Shown piece by piece: positions 36,017 to 45,233 of a DNA stretch of 64,000 nt. The notes under the pieces are model-generated. The model made no database searches. It saw only the letters and a program-made list of their open reading frames with translations, and was not told where the DNA came from. Position 1 is the stretch's first letter. The number at the start of each line of letters is the position of its first letter. Origin of the DNA: Oceanispirochaeta sp. (GTDB taxonomy: Bacteria > Spirochaetota > Spirochaetia > DSM-2461); NCBI GenBank assembly GCA_963666275.2, contig CAXXOA010000001.1, forward strand, positions 1 through 64,000. The letters run 5' to 3'. The translations under genes and the position numbers were made by a program.

Positions 36017-38214
36017 TTTGTATTCACCTCGTTTGTGGATTTATGGGGCAGTGCCAGAAGAGGCAGCAGGATAACACTCAGGAAAAAGGAAATGATAAGA
36101 GACGTAATAAGGAGGATCCCCAGATTCCTGGCTCCTTTGAAAGAGGAGAGCAGGAGGACCGAGAATGAGAAGAGGGATGTGAGGAAGCTCAACAGGATGG
36201 GAATGCCGCTGTAGTTCAGGATAAAACTGTAGGCTTCCTCCAGGGAGACCGCCTCTTTGAGGGATTCGATGGCTGTCAGGGTATGGATACTGTAGTCAAT
36301 CACAAGGCCGGTGATGATGGCGACGAATATAATGGAAAAGGCGTCAATGCTCAGGGAGGCACTGGAGATCATCCCGAAAGAAAAAATCATGCTGAAGATG
36401 GCCGGAACCAGGCTGAGAAGAGCCAGACGGAGATTCCTGTAGAAAATCAGGACCGTCAGAAAAATGAGGACGCTTCCGATCAGGAAGGAGACTATCCAGT
36501 TATTCCGCAGTTTTGACTGCTCCTTTTCCAGGTCCTCCACCATGCCGTGAACTGTCATGGTCCATCCGGTGGGGAGAGTCTCCCTGATCTCTTCCATGGT
36601 CAGGGAGAAGTCGTTCAGGTTGTCAATATTCCTGTAATAGACCATTCCTCTGATTGAGAAATACCGGTAGGAAGAGTCCAGCAGGGATTCGTATTCCAGA
36701 GGATCCACCGAAGAAGAGTAGTAGAGAAGATACTGTTCAATCAGCATGGGGAATATATCCGCAAGAAAGGGATCCGTCAGAAGGGATTCTTCGGATCCCT
36801 GAAAATAGAAATTCATCCTTTTCAGGACAGACAGGAATGAGTAGGCGTAACCGACGGACTCCCCCTGTTCCAGCCGGGAATGGATGGCATCAATGGTCAG
36901 TATGCTCTCCCTTTCCAGGAGGCTGTTGTTCTCACCGGTATCCACTTCGATGAAGTAGGGGACCGTTCCGAAAAAGGAGGAGTTGATAAGATCATCCGCC
37001 AGTTTCACCGTGTTGGAGTCGGGGAGCTGTTCGATGGGATAGGGTTCTATCCTCAGTTTCGGCAGCTGCAGCATTCCCCAGACCGTGAGCAGGGCCAGAA
37101 GCAGAAACAGGATGAATCTGTGTCTTGATATGAAGGTGAATACCCTCAGCTGTTTGCCTGCAAACAGCGGGAAAAGGGCCTTGTCCGATGTGGGAAAGCT
37201 CTGGTAGGGGAGCCAGAGGAACACCCCTGCAAAGGTCACGCTTATACTGATGGAGACCAGAGTGCCCAGCTGCCTGTGACCGGTTCCGTCCAGAAAAAGA
37301 AGGGAAAGGAAACCTGTCAGGGTGGAAATTGCCGTGAGCGACAGGGGGAACAGGAGCCGGCTTCTGATGGTGCCGCTTCCCTGCTGATGGGGCTCAAACC
37401 TGTAGTGATAGAAGTAGTGAATGATATAATCGCTCAGCAGTCCCATTCCGAAAACCGGGACCAGCAGGATCAGGGGAGAGTCCTCCATACCCAGGAATTT
37501 GATGAAAAAATAGGAGAGTCCCACCGAAAGGAGGATGAGCGCCCAGGAGATCAGGATAATCCTCAGATTCCGGAAGCTCAGAAAAACAAGGGTGATCAGA
37601 AGGATCAGAAGGGGAAGGAATATGGTTATATCCTTGGTGAGCAGATCTGCTGTCCTGGCCAGGATGGGGGCCCTTCCCGTATAGTGAAAGGGGATGATCC
37701 GGGAATAGGCCTTCTGAACCTCCGCCAGACTGCTGTTGATTTCTCCGGGAAGGCTGTTGTTTGAAAAATAGATATAGTAGAGGATCCTGTCCCGGGAGGC
37801 GTTCACATAGGGCTGCAGTTCAGGGTATGTTCCGATTTCTCCCGTAAAGTTTCTGATAAAATCTTCTGAAATTTCCGAGGGGTTTCCGGGGACCAGGGAG
37901 CTGACCAGGATATCATCGCCTTCGGATTTGATGACACTCGTACTGAACAGAGAGTCCACCCTGTTGACTCCCTCCATCCCTGCAAAGGATTTTTCCAGGT
38001 TTATGAGATCTTTGAAATCCCCCGGATCCGATAGTGAGAGATTTTCCCCCCCCAGATCAACTGTAGCCACAGCCACATTCCTCTGAGGGACCAGAAGGTG
38101 TGTTTCCATATCTGCATATATTTCAAGCTTTTCAGTTTTAGCCGTAGGTGAAAACAGAAGGAACGCAAGGAATAGCAGCAGAGCAAAAACCGGAAAACCG
38201 TATTTTTTTATCAT
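36013..38214 (-). CDS. MMPL/RND-family transporter
   Basis: Two TM repeats with GLLSDY and GLVIDY motifs, LTAISTLTGF. Confidence 0.85.
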   Translation of the reverse strand: MIKKYGFPVFALLLFLAFLLFSPTAKTEKLEIYADMETHLLVPQRNVAVATVDLGGENLSLSDPGDFKDLINLEKSFAGMEGVNRVDSLFSTSVIKSEGDDILVSSLVPGNPSEISEDFIRNFTGEIGTYPELQPYVNASRDRILYYIYFSNNSLPGEINSSLAEVQKAYSRIIPFHYTGRAPILARTADLLTKDITIFLPLLILLITLVFLSFRNLRIILISWALILLSVGLSYFFIKFLGMEDSPLILLVPVFGMGLLSDYIIHYFYHYRFEPHQQGSGTIRSRLLFPLSLTAISTLTGFLSLLFLDGTGHRQLGTLVSISISVTFAGVFLWLPYQSFPTSDKALFPLFAGKQLRVFTFISRHRFILFLLLALLTVWGMLQLPKLRIEPYPIEQLPDSNTVKLADDLINSSFFGTVPYFIEVDTGENNSLLERESILTIDAIHSRLEQGESVGYAYSFLSVLKRMNFYFQGSEESLLTDPFLADIFPMLIEQYLLYYSSSVDPLEYESLLDSSYRYFSIRGMVYYRNIDNLNDFSLTMEEIRETLPTGWTMTVHGMVEDLEKEQSKLRNNWIVSFLIGSVLIFLTVLIFYRNLRLALLSLVPAIFSMIFSFGMISSASLSIDAFSIIFVAIITGLVIDYSIHTLTAIESLKEAVSLEEAYSFILNYSGIPILLSFLTSLFSFSVLLLSSFKGARNLGILLITSLIISFFLSVILLPLLALPHKSTNEVNTK

Positions 38215-38358
38215 CGATTACCCTTTCAGCACATTTGGCGAATCCTGGTTGCAGACAATCCTATAATCATGAATATTACTTAATCAGTATAAAATATTGC
38301 CGGGGGAATCTCAAGTTTTCCGCCCGGTTCCGGGAGTCATCCCGGTTCTTTCCTGTTC

Positions 38359-40542
38359 TCAGATTTTTCCCTCTTTCGCCTTGATGGCTATGACCTCTTT
38401 CAATTGAATATCCCTGCTGCTGTTTCCCGCCATGATCACAAATTCACCCGGTTCCAGACGCCAGTTTCCCCGGTAGGGATCAAAATACTGAAAGGCTCTT
38501 TTGCCCAGTGAAAATGTCAGATGCTCGGATTTTCCGGGGAGCAGAAAAATTTTCCGGAAGGCTTTCAGTTCTTTGGGCGGCCTGATCAGATCGCTTTCCG
38601 GGTCCCGGATGTAGATCTGCACCACCTCTGCTCCCGCCCGGGTCCCTGTATTTTTGACTTTCAGAGACACTTCGCAGGAAAAATCTCCCTTTGTCTCCAC
38701 TTTTACCTTCAGACCGGTCAGGCTGAAACTTGTATAGCTCATACCGAAACCGAAGGGAAAGAGGGGGGGGATTCTCTCCCGTTCAAAGTGGCGGTAACCT
38801 ACAAAGATCCCTTCAAAATACTCCATGTCGTGAATCCGGCGCAGATAGGGATTCCCCTGGCCCATGGAGATCTGCCTGACCGATGTTTTATCCGGATTGG
38901 TCACATAGTGGGCGGTGGAACCGAAGTCCTCCCAGTGTTCCGACATGGTAAAGGGGAGTTTTCCCGATGGATTGATCTTTCCGAACAGGATATCCGCCAG
39001 AGCCGGGCCGGCTGTCTCTCCCAGGTAGAAGCTGTGGATAAAGGCCCTGACCCTGTCGATCCAGCCGGTGGTGTTCGCGCCTCCACCGGCGGTCATGACC
39101 ACAAGGGTATTGGGGTTGGCACTGGCAATGGAGAGAATGCTGTCTGACTGTCCGTAGGGAAGATCCCAGGAGCGGTCCCAGCATTCGCTCTCCTCGGTAT
39201 GACTGAATCCGGCGCAGTAGACCACCGCCCGGGCCAGTTTTATCTTTTCCAGATCTTCTTCGGAAAGAGAGTTTTCGCTCCAGGGCAGATACTCCACTTT
39301 CAGCTTCCCCGCCGCCTCCTGAATGCCTGTGAGAAAGTCTATGCCTGCAGAGGTCCTGACATAGCTGCTCCCGCCGCCTCCTGTTTCGGTGTCTTTTGCC
39401 ATCCGTCCTGTGACGATGAGGGTGCCCTCTTCCTCCGGATCAAGAGGAAGGAAGTCATTGCTGTTTTTAAGAAGGATCATGCCTTCGGCTGCCACTTTCC
39501 GGGCCAGTTTTATCTGGTCTTCCGAATGAACGGGCTTTTCCGGAGCTTTCTGCGGACGATGATAGACGCCCTCTTTCAGGAGGGTTCCCAATAGGTTCCT
39601 CACCATCCTGTTCAGGTCGGATTCCCGGATTTTCCCTTTTTTCAGAGCTTTCCGTATCCTTTTGTCGGAGAACCATTTCCCCTGGGGCATCTCCAGGTCA
39701 AGGCCGTTCTTTACAGGCCCCGCGGTGCTGTACAGACTGTTCCAGTCACTGAGGACGAAACCGTCAAATCCCCAATCTTCTCTGAGAATCTCCTGAAGGA
39801 GCTTTCCGTTTTCGCTGGCGTAGGTTCCGTTCACAGGGTTATAGGCTGTCATGACAGCCCGGGCGCCGCCCTCTTTTACAGCCATCTCAAAGGCGGGGAG
39901 GTAGATTTCCCGGAGGGCCCTTGCATTGACTACGGAGTTTGTCTTATGTCTGTCGTATTCTGAATTGTTGCAGGCAAAGTGCTTTACAGCAGTGATCACA
40001 CCCTCTTCCCTGGCGCCCCTGATATAGGAGGCGGCCATTTTTCCCGCAAGGAAGGGATCTTCTCCCATGTACTCGAAGTTTCTTCCGCATGTGGGAACCC
40101 TGTAGATATTGACTCCCGGTCCCAGCAGAATCGAGACACCCCTGTTTCTGAACTCCTGAGCCAGGGCTTTCCCGGCCTGGCGGATCAGCTCTTCATCCCA
40201 GCTTGCCGCCATGGCCAGAGGCGCGGGAAAGGCTGTTCCTCCGGGAAAGCTTCTCAGGCCGGCTGTAGCGTCACTGCACCAGATACTGGGGAGGCCCAGC
40301 CGCGGGAGGCCCTGAATCGCCAGATCCTGATAACCGCTGATATACTGGATTTTTTCATCCAGGGTCATCGAATCCAGGAGCTGGTCCGTCAGTTCTTCCA
40401 TGGAAATGTCAGAAGAGGGAAGACCCTGGAAATCTGCATCCTCCACATCCTGCTTGTGCATTCTGCGGACACCCTTTCCGGGATCACTGATGCTGTCCAT
40501 CTTTTCGCTGATCTTTTTTTTCAACCCTTTGTTCTGAACCAT
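38359..40542 (-). CDS. GH3 beta-glucosidase (no signal peptide)
   Basis: GRNFEY.GEDP, KHFACN, SDW nucleophile, NPSGKLP, C-terminal Fn3-like domain. Confidence 0.93.
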   Translation of the reverse strand: MVQNKGLKKKISEKMDSISDPGKGVRRMHKQDVEDADFQGLPSSDISMEELTDQLLDSMTLDEKIQYISGYQDLAIQGLPRLGLPSIWCSDATAGLRSFPGGTAFPAPLAMAASWDEELIRQAGKALAQEFRNRGVSILLGPGVNIYRVPTCGRNFEYMGEDPFLAGKMAASYIRGAREEGVITAVKHFACNNSEYDRHKTNSVVNARALREIYLPAFEMAVKEGGARAVMTAYNPVNGTYASENGKLLQEILREDWGFDGFVLSDWNSLYSTAGPVKNGLDLEMPQGKWFSDKRIRKALKKGKIRESDLNRMVRNLLGTLLKEGVYHRPQKAPEKPVHSEDQIKLARKVAAEGMILLKNSNDFLPLDPEEEGTLIVTGRMAKDTETGGGGSSYVRTSAGIDFLTGIQEAAGKLKVEYLPWSENSLSEEDLEKIKLARAVVYCAGFSHTEESECWDRSWDLPYGQSDSILSIASANPNTLVVMTAGGGANTTGWIDRVRAFIHSFYLGETAGPALADILFGKINPSGKLPFTMSEHWEDFGSTAHYVTNPDKTSVRQISMGQGNPYLRRIHDMEYFEGIFVGYRHFERERIPPLFPFGFGMSYTSFSLTGLKVKVETKGDFSCEVSLKVKNTGTRAGAEVVQIYIRDPESDLIRPPKELKAFRKIFLLPGKSEHLTFSLGKRAFQYFDPYRGNWRLEPGEFVIMAGNSSRDIQLKEVIAIKAKEGKI

Positions 40543-40683
40543 GAGCTGCTCCTTGCTGATTGCCCCCTATTATACTATAAGTCGAGGATACGTGCCAAAA
40601 CCAATAGAGAATGGTTGGTCTTTTATATCCTTTCATTCTATAATATATCCATCTTACTATCCATGAAGCGGGGTTTTATGTCC

Positions 40684-41181
40684 ATGAGACGCAGCTTTTT
40701 CCTGATCGGTCTGTTTTTTCTGGTCTCCAGCGGGCTTTTCGCCCTGGATCCGGGAGAGGTCTTTCCCTCTTTTTCGGTTGTTTCCGGTGACGGGAAAATC
40801 CTGATCTCCCCCGATCTGGAGGGAAGATGGGGCCTCGTCTTTTATGAAGACAGAAATGAAACGGAAAAAAACAACGCTCTGAAGAGTTATTTTCAAAATC
40901 AGAGCCTTGATGATGAACTGGTGGCTCTTGTCTTCATTGCCGACTGTACCGATGCGGGACTCAGAAAAAAGATCTGGGAAAATCAGCTGAAAGACAGCAG
41001 CCGCAGGATGGGTGTCACTGTGTACGGCGACTGGAACGGAAAACTCAAGAGAGGGCTGGGTGCCGTGGAAGGGGAAGCCTTTTTTTATCTGATTGATCCT
41101 GAGGGTATTATCCGCTACTTTAAAGAAGGGACTGTCCCAGAGGGGGATTTTCAGGAGATTCAGGCGCTGCTTAATCCCTGA
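40684..41181 (+). CDS. Exported YtfJ-like / thioredoxin-fold protein
   Basis: 3' part of the 39979 ORF; signal peptide MRRSFF...LFA; YGDW, YLIDPEGIIRY; no CxxC. Confidence 0.6.
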   Translation: MRRSFFLIGLFFLVSSGLFALDPGEVFPSFSVVSGDGKILISPDLEGRWGLVFYEDRNETEKNNALKSYFQNQSLDDELVALVFIADCTDAGLRKKIWENQLKDSSRRMGVTVYGDWNGKLKRGLGAVEGEAFFYLIDPEGIIRYFKEGTVPEGDFQEIQALLNP

Positions 41182-41199
41182 ACGCTATTCCATATTCAG

Positions 41200-42540
41200 A
41201 TGAAAAGACAAACTCTATCTAACCGCCAGCTTCTGTTTCTCTATTTTTCTTCGATTATTCTGGTCGGGATCCTTCTCCTGTCTCTGCCTGTCTCCTACCG
41301 GTCCGGTTCTCCCCGTCCCCTGATTGACAGGGTTTTCACTGCGGTCTCAGCCGTCTGCGTGACCGGTCTGGCAACCTTTCCCACAGAGGAGCTTTCCCGG
41401 ACAGGGCAGGTGGCTCTCCTTTTTCTGATTCAGCTGGGCGGCCTGGGGTATATCGCGTTTACCACGCTGTTCCTCTTTTTTCCGGGGTTGCGCTTCACCT
41501 TCCGGGATTCCTCCATTATCGAGCAGTATTTCGGTGACAGCCGTGTTCTCAAGCCTAAGAGAATTATCCGGAATATCCTGGGAACAACCTTTTTTCTGGA
41601 GCTCGCAGGAGCCCTGATCCTTTGGGGCGGGATGAGGCGGCAGGGGGTGGATTCCCCCATTTTCTCCGCTGTGTTTCATGCGGTTTCCGCCTTCTGCAAT
41701 GCAGGCTTTTCCCTCTATCCCGACAGCCTTACCCGATTCTCCGCCAATCCGCTGGTCATGGGCGGGGCGTCTCTCATGATTGTCACGGGAGGACTGGGGT
41801 TTATGGTTCTCTGGAACCTGGGGGGCAAACTGAGGAATCCCGGTGAGGTCAGACTGATGTATCACTCCCGGGTCATGCTTGTCCTGACACCCCTGTTTAT
41901 TCTGGCGGGGTTTTTCTTTTATCTTATACAGGAACGCACCGGAGCCTTTTCCGGAATGGACGCCGGAGAAGCGGCGGGAGCGGCTCTGTTTCAGTCCATT
42001 ACCACCCGGACAGCCGGGTTCAATACGGTAGATCAGGGGGATCTCTCTCTGCCCTCGCTTTTTATCACTCTCTTTCTCATGATTACAGGAGGCGGTTCCG
42101 GATCGACCGCAGGGGGGCTGAAGGTGACGACGATCTTTCTGCTTTCCCTGATCCTCATCAAAGGGGTGGATGATCACGGGGAGGTTACTTTTCTGCAGAG
42201 AAGGATCAGCCGGGATCGTCTCAACCGGGCCGGGGTGTACCTGATGAAAGCCATGGCTATACTTTTTATATCCATTCTGCTGATCCTGTTTGTGGAGGAT
42301 TCCCCCTGGGGCAGCTCCCCGGGCTTTATGGAGATCCTTTTTGAAGGGTTCTCCGCTCTGGGCACTGTGGGCCTGAGTATGGGAATTACTCCGCAGCTCC
42401 ACATTCTGAGCAAGATCATTCTTATTTTTACCATGTTTGCCGGGAGGATCGGCCTTTTCGCCATGATCATGCCTCCGGCTTATGAACAGGAAGTTCAGAA
42501 ATATATCCGCTATCCGAAAGGGGAGGTCCTGATAGGATGA
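41200..42540 (+). CDS. ktrB: KtrB/TrkH potassium uptake membrane subunit
   Basis: Four filter motifs CVTGL, CNAGF, RTAGF, GTVGL. Confidence 0.92.
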   Translation: MKRQTLSNRQLLFLYFSSIILVGILLLSLPVSYRSGSPRPLIDRVFTAVSAVCVTGLATFPTEELSRTGQVALLFLIQLGGLGYIAFTTLFLFFPGLRFTFRDSSIIEQYFGDSRVLKPKRIIRNILGTTFFLELAGALILWGGMRRQGVDSPIFSAVFHAVSAFCNAGFSLYPDSLTRFSANPLVMGGASLMIVTGGLGFMVLWNLGGKLRNPGEVRLMYHSRVMLVLTPLFILAGFFFYLIQERTGAFSGMDAGEAAGAALFQSITTRTAGFNTVDQGDLSLPSLFITLFLMITGGGSGSTAGGLKVTTIFLLSLILIKGVDDHGEVTFLQRRISRDRLNRAGVYLMKAMAILFISILLILFVEDSPWGSSPGFMEILFEGFSALGTVGLSMGITPQLHILSKIILIFTMFAGRIGLFAMIMPPAYEQEVQKYIRYPKGEVLIG

Positions 42541-43241
42541 AACAGTTTGCCATAATAGGATTGAGTTCCTTTGCCAAAAGGATCATTGAAGAGCTGGAGG
42601 CGTATCCCTGCGATATCCTTCTGATCGATAAGGATCCTGCCGCTATAGAGCTCTACAAGGACAGGGTTTCCCGTTCTTTTATAGCGGATGTTCTCAATGA
42701 AGAGACCATCCGCCGTCTGGTTCCCCCGGATATCAACGGCGTGGTTCTGGATCCGGGCGACAGGATCGAAGTGTCAATTCTTGTCACCAATTATCTGAAA
42801 AAAATGGGTGTGAAGAATATCTTTGTCCGGGCCGAAACCAATGAACATGGCGAGATCCTGGATCTTGTGGGGGCGGATCATGTGATTTTTCCCAACAGGG
42901 AGGCGGCTATCCGGATCTCTCCCATGCTTCTCACATCCCATCTGTTCAACTACCTTCCCATCAGCGACAATCTTGTCATTGCCGAGGTCAAGGCGCCGGA
43001 CCCTCTGATAGGGAAAACCCTGATTGAGGCGGATCTGCGGAAGACACTGAATCTGAATGTCATTGCTGTCCGGGAGGGGCAGGAGCAGGACTTCCTTTTC
43101 CGGAAGGCCGAATACAGGATCCAGCCGGGAGACATCCTTCTGCTGGCGGGGAGTCAGGATAATATCCACAGTTTTGCCGGAACCCAGAGGAATGAGAGTC
43201 CCGAAGGACTGAAACAGTTCTACAGGCGTCTGTTCAAATAA
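42537..43241 (+). CDS. ktrA: KtrA/TrkA RCK regulatory subunit
   Basis: TrkA_N plus TrkA_C domains; ATGA overlap with ktrB. Confidence 0.9.
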   Translation: MKQFAIIGLSSFAKRIIEELEAYPCDILLIDKDPAAIELYKDRVSRSFIADVLNEETIRRLVPPDINGVVLDPGDRIEVSILVTNYLKKMGVKNIFVRAETNEHGEILDLVGADHVIFPNREAAIRISPMLLTSHLFNYLPISDNLVIAEVKAPDPLIGKTLIEADLRKTLNLNVIAVREGQEQDFLFRKAEYRIQPGDILLLAGSQDNIHSFAGTQRNESPEGLKQFYRRLFK

Positions 43242-43355
43242 AAGTCTCCTCTCCTCCGTCCGTATTCTCCGGAATAAAAGAGGAATCGGGAAAACCTTAT
43301 ATTTTGGTCATACCTGACTCCGGTAATATTCCCCTGCCGGGGGAAAATCCATATA

Positions 43356-45233
43356 ATGGCGATCATGAATAAATTTTTCAACGGAAGGTCCCTGGAGTTA
43401 CTGGCTCCTGCCGGGACTTTTGATATTTATAAGACTATTATTGATTCCAAATGTGATGCGGTCTACTGCGGAGGAGAAGTTCTCAATATGAGACTGATCC
43501 GCAAGGGCTACAATTTAAGCAATGAAGAGCTGAAAGAAGCGGTTTATCTGGCCAATGAGCGGGATAAAAAAGTATACATAACAGTCAACAGCCTGCTGGA
43601 TCCCTCGGAACTCTCTCAGGCGGAGGAGTACCTCTCCTTCCTGGAGGAGATTCAGCCCCACGGTCTGATCATTCAGGACGCGGCTGTTCTGGACCTTGTA
43701 AAACGGAAAAAGCTGAACCTGACCCTGCACGGTTCGGTGATGATGAATATCCACAATCTGGATATGATCCGCTTTTTTGAAAAACAGGGTGTCAGCCGGG
43801 TGGTCCTCTCCCGGGAGATGTCTCTGAAGGATATCCGGGAGCTTTCGGCCCGTACGGATATGGAACTGGAGTACTTTACCCACGGGGATATGTGTGTGGC
43901 CCATGGGGCCCAGTGCCTCTACAGCTCCTGGCTTTTCGGTATGTCCGGCAGCCGGGGCCGCTGTCTCAAACCCTGTCGCTGGCCCTATTCCCGGCTCGGA
44001 ACGGATGAGGACAAACCCTTTCCCCTGGCCGTGAAAGACCTCAGCATGTACAGCTACCTGTCCGATATGATCCTGGCGGGAGTCTCATCCTTCAAGATCG
44101 AGGGACGTATGCGGGAGAAAGAGTTCATTGCCAGTCTTGTGAATACCTACGGAGAGGCTCTGGAGCGTTTTCTGGATGATCCCTACGGAGCGTCCCATGG
44201 GGATCCGGAAGACATGGAACCCTTTAAAAAGCGGGATTACTCGACAGGCTATGCCTTCGGTACCCCCGGCATAAAGAATATCAATACCCGGGGAGAAGGT
44301 TCCGGGAAGTTCTATTCAACAGGAAAGATGTTCAGCACCCCCACCCGGGAGAGGGAGATCAACGGGGAGGAATCCCTGCCTGCGGGAAGTCCCTCTGATA
44401 GCGTCCCTCTGGAAATGGCCGTTAAGGTAAACTCTCCCGATCAGGGCCGGCTGGCTCTGGAATACGGAGCCAGACGGATCTATCTGAGCGCCGAACCTTT
44501 TGCTCCGGATCTTCCTGTCTCCCGGAAAGATCTGGCAGAACTGGCGGATCAGTGCGGGCAAGCCGGTGCAGATCTCTATTTCAGTCTGCCCCGTATGATG
44601 TCGGCTCAGCAGAGCGACCTCTTCAGAGCCTACTTTTCAAGGCCCCTTCCGGTGAAAGGCGTCCTTGCCGGCCAGGCGGGAGTCCTTGAGTTTTTGAAAA
44701 GCAGCGAGTATTCTCTTGTCTGCGATACCCCCATGAATCTGTACAATGCCAGGGCAATCCGCTTTTATGCGGATCAGGGTTTCCAGGGTTGGACTCCTTC
44801 CCTGGAGCTTCCTTTTGACTCACTCCTTTCCCTTCCGGAAGATCTGAAGGCTCTGGGTTGCGAGGCCCGGGGGGAGGTGGTTCTCCACGGTCTGCCCACT
44901 GTGATGTATATGGACCACGATGTGAGCCGGCGGCAGGAGGATCGGGTGGAGCTGGACACTCCCGAATCCCGGCTGACCATACGGCGGGACTGGTGGAACC
45001 GGTATCATCTGCTTCCCCACAAAGAGCTCTCCCTGCTGCCCCGTCTGCCCGAACTGGTCTCCGCGGGGTACAGTCGTTTCCGTCTGGAACTCCAGGGCTA
45101 CGGGCCTGCGGAATCCCGGGAGGTTCTGAGGGCCTGCGGAGAGTCTCTGGCTGACCCCGCTTCGGGAGGGGGTATCCTGAAAAATCTGAAACCCATCGGA
45201 GGAGGCTTTACCTATGGCGCACACCATTTCTGA
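43356..45233 (+). CDS. U32-family Fe-S hydroxylase with a second, Cys-less U32-like domain (start may be 43365)
   Basis: ELLAPAG, DAVY.G, LSRE, HG-CX6CX15CX3C, KIEGR; repeat barrel with N.YN, ELP, HG. Confidence 0.9.
   Translation: MAIMNKFFNGRSLELLAPAGTFDIYKTIIDSKCDAVYCGGEVLNMRLIRKGYNLSNEELKEAVYLANERDKKVYITVNSLLDPSELSQAEEYLSFLEEIQPHGLIIQDAAVLDLVKRKKLNLTLHGSVMMNIHNLDMIRFFEKQGVSRVVLSREMSLKDIRELSARTDMELEYFTHGDMCVAHGAQCLYSSWLFGMSGSRGRCLKPCRWPYSRLGTDEDKPFPLAVKDLSMYSYLSDMILAGVSSFKIEGRMREKEFIASLVNTYGEALERFLDDPYGASHGDPEDMEPFKKRDYSTGYAFGTPGIKNINTRGEGSGKFYSTGKMFSTPTREREINGEESLPAGSPSDSVPLEMAVKVNSPDQGRLALEYGARRIYLSAEPFAPDLPVSRKDLAELADQCGQAGADLYFSLPRMMSAQQSDLFRAYFSRPLPVKGVLAGQAGVLEFLKSSEYSLVCDTPMNLYNARAIRFYADQGFQGWTPSLELPFDSLLSLPEDLKALGCEARGEVVLHGLPTVMYMDHDVSRRQEDRVELDTPESRLTIRRDWWNRYHLLPHKELSLLPRLPELVSAGYSRFRLELQGYGPAESREVLRACGESLADPASGGGILKNLKPIGGGFTYGAHHF

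Noticed and set aside
39979..40683. N-terminal part of the 400-aa ORF 39979-41181
   Set aside because: Antisense to the GH3 gene; only the 3' part with a signal peptide is plausible
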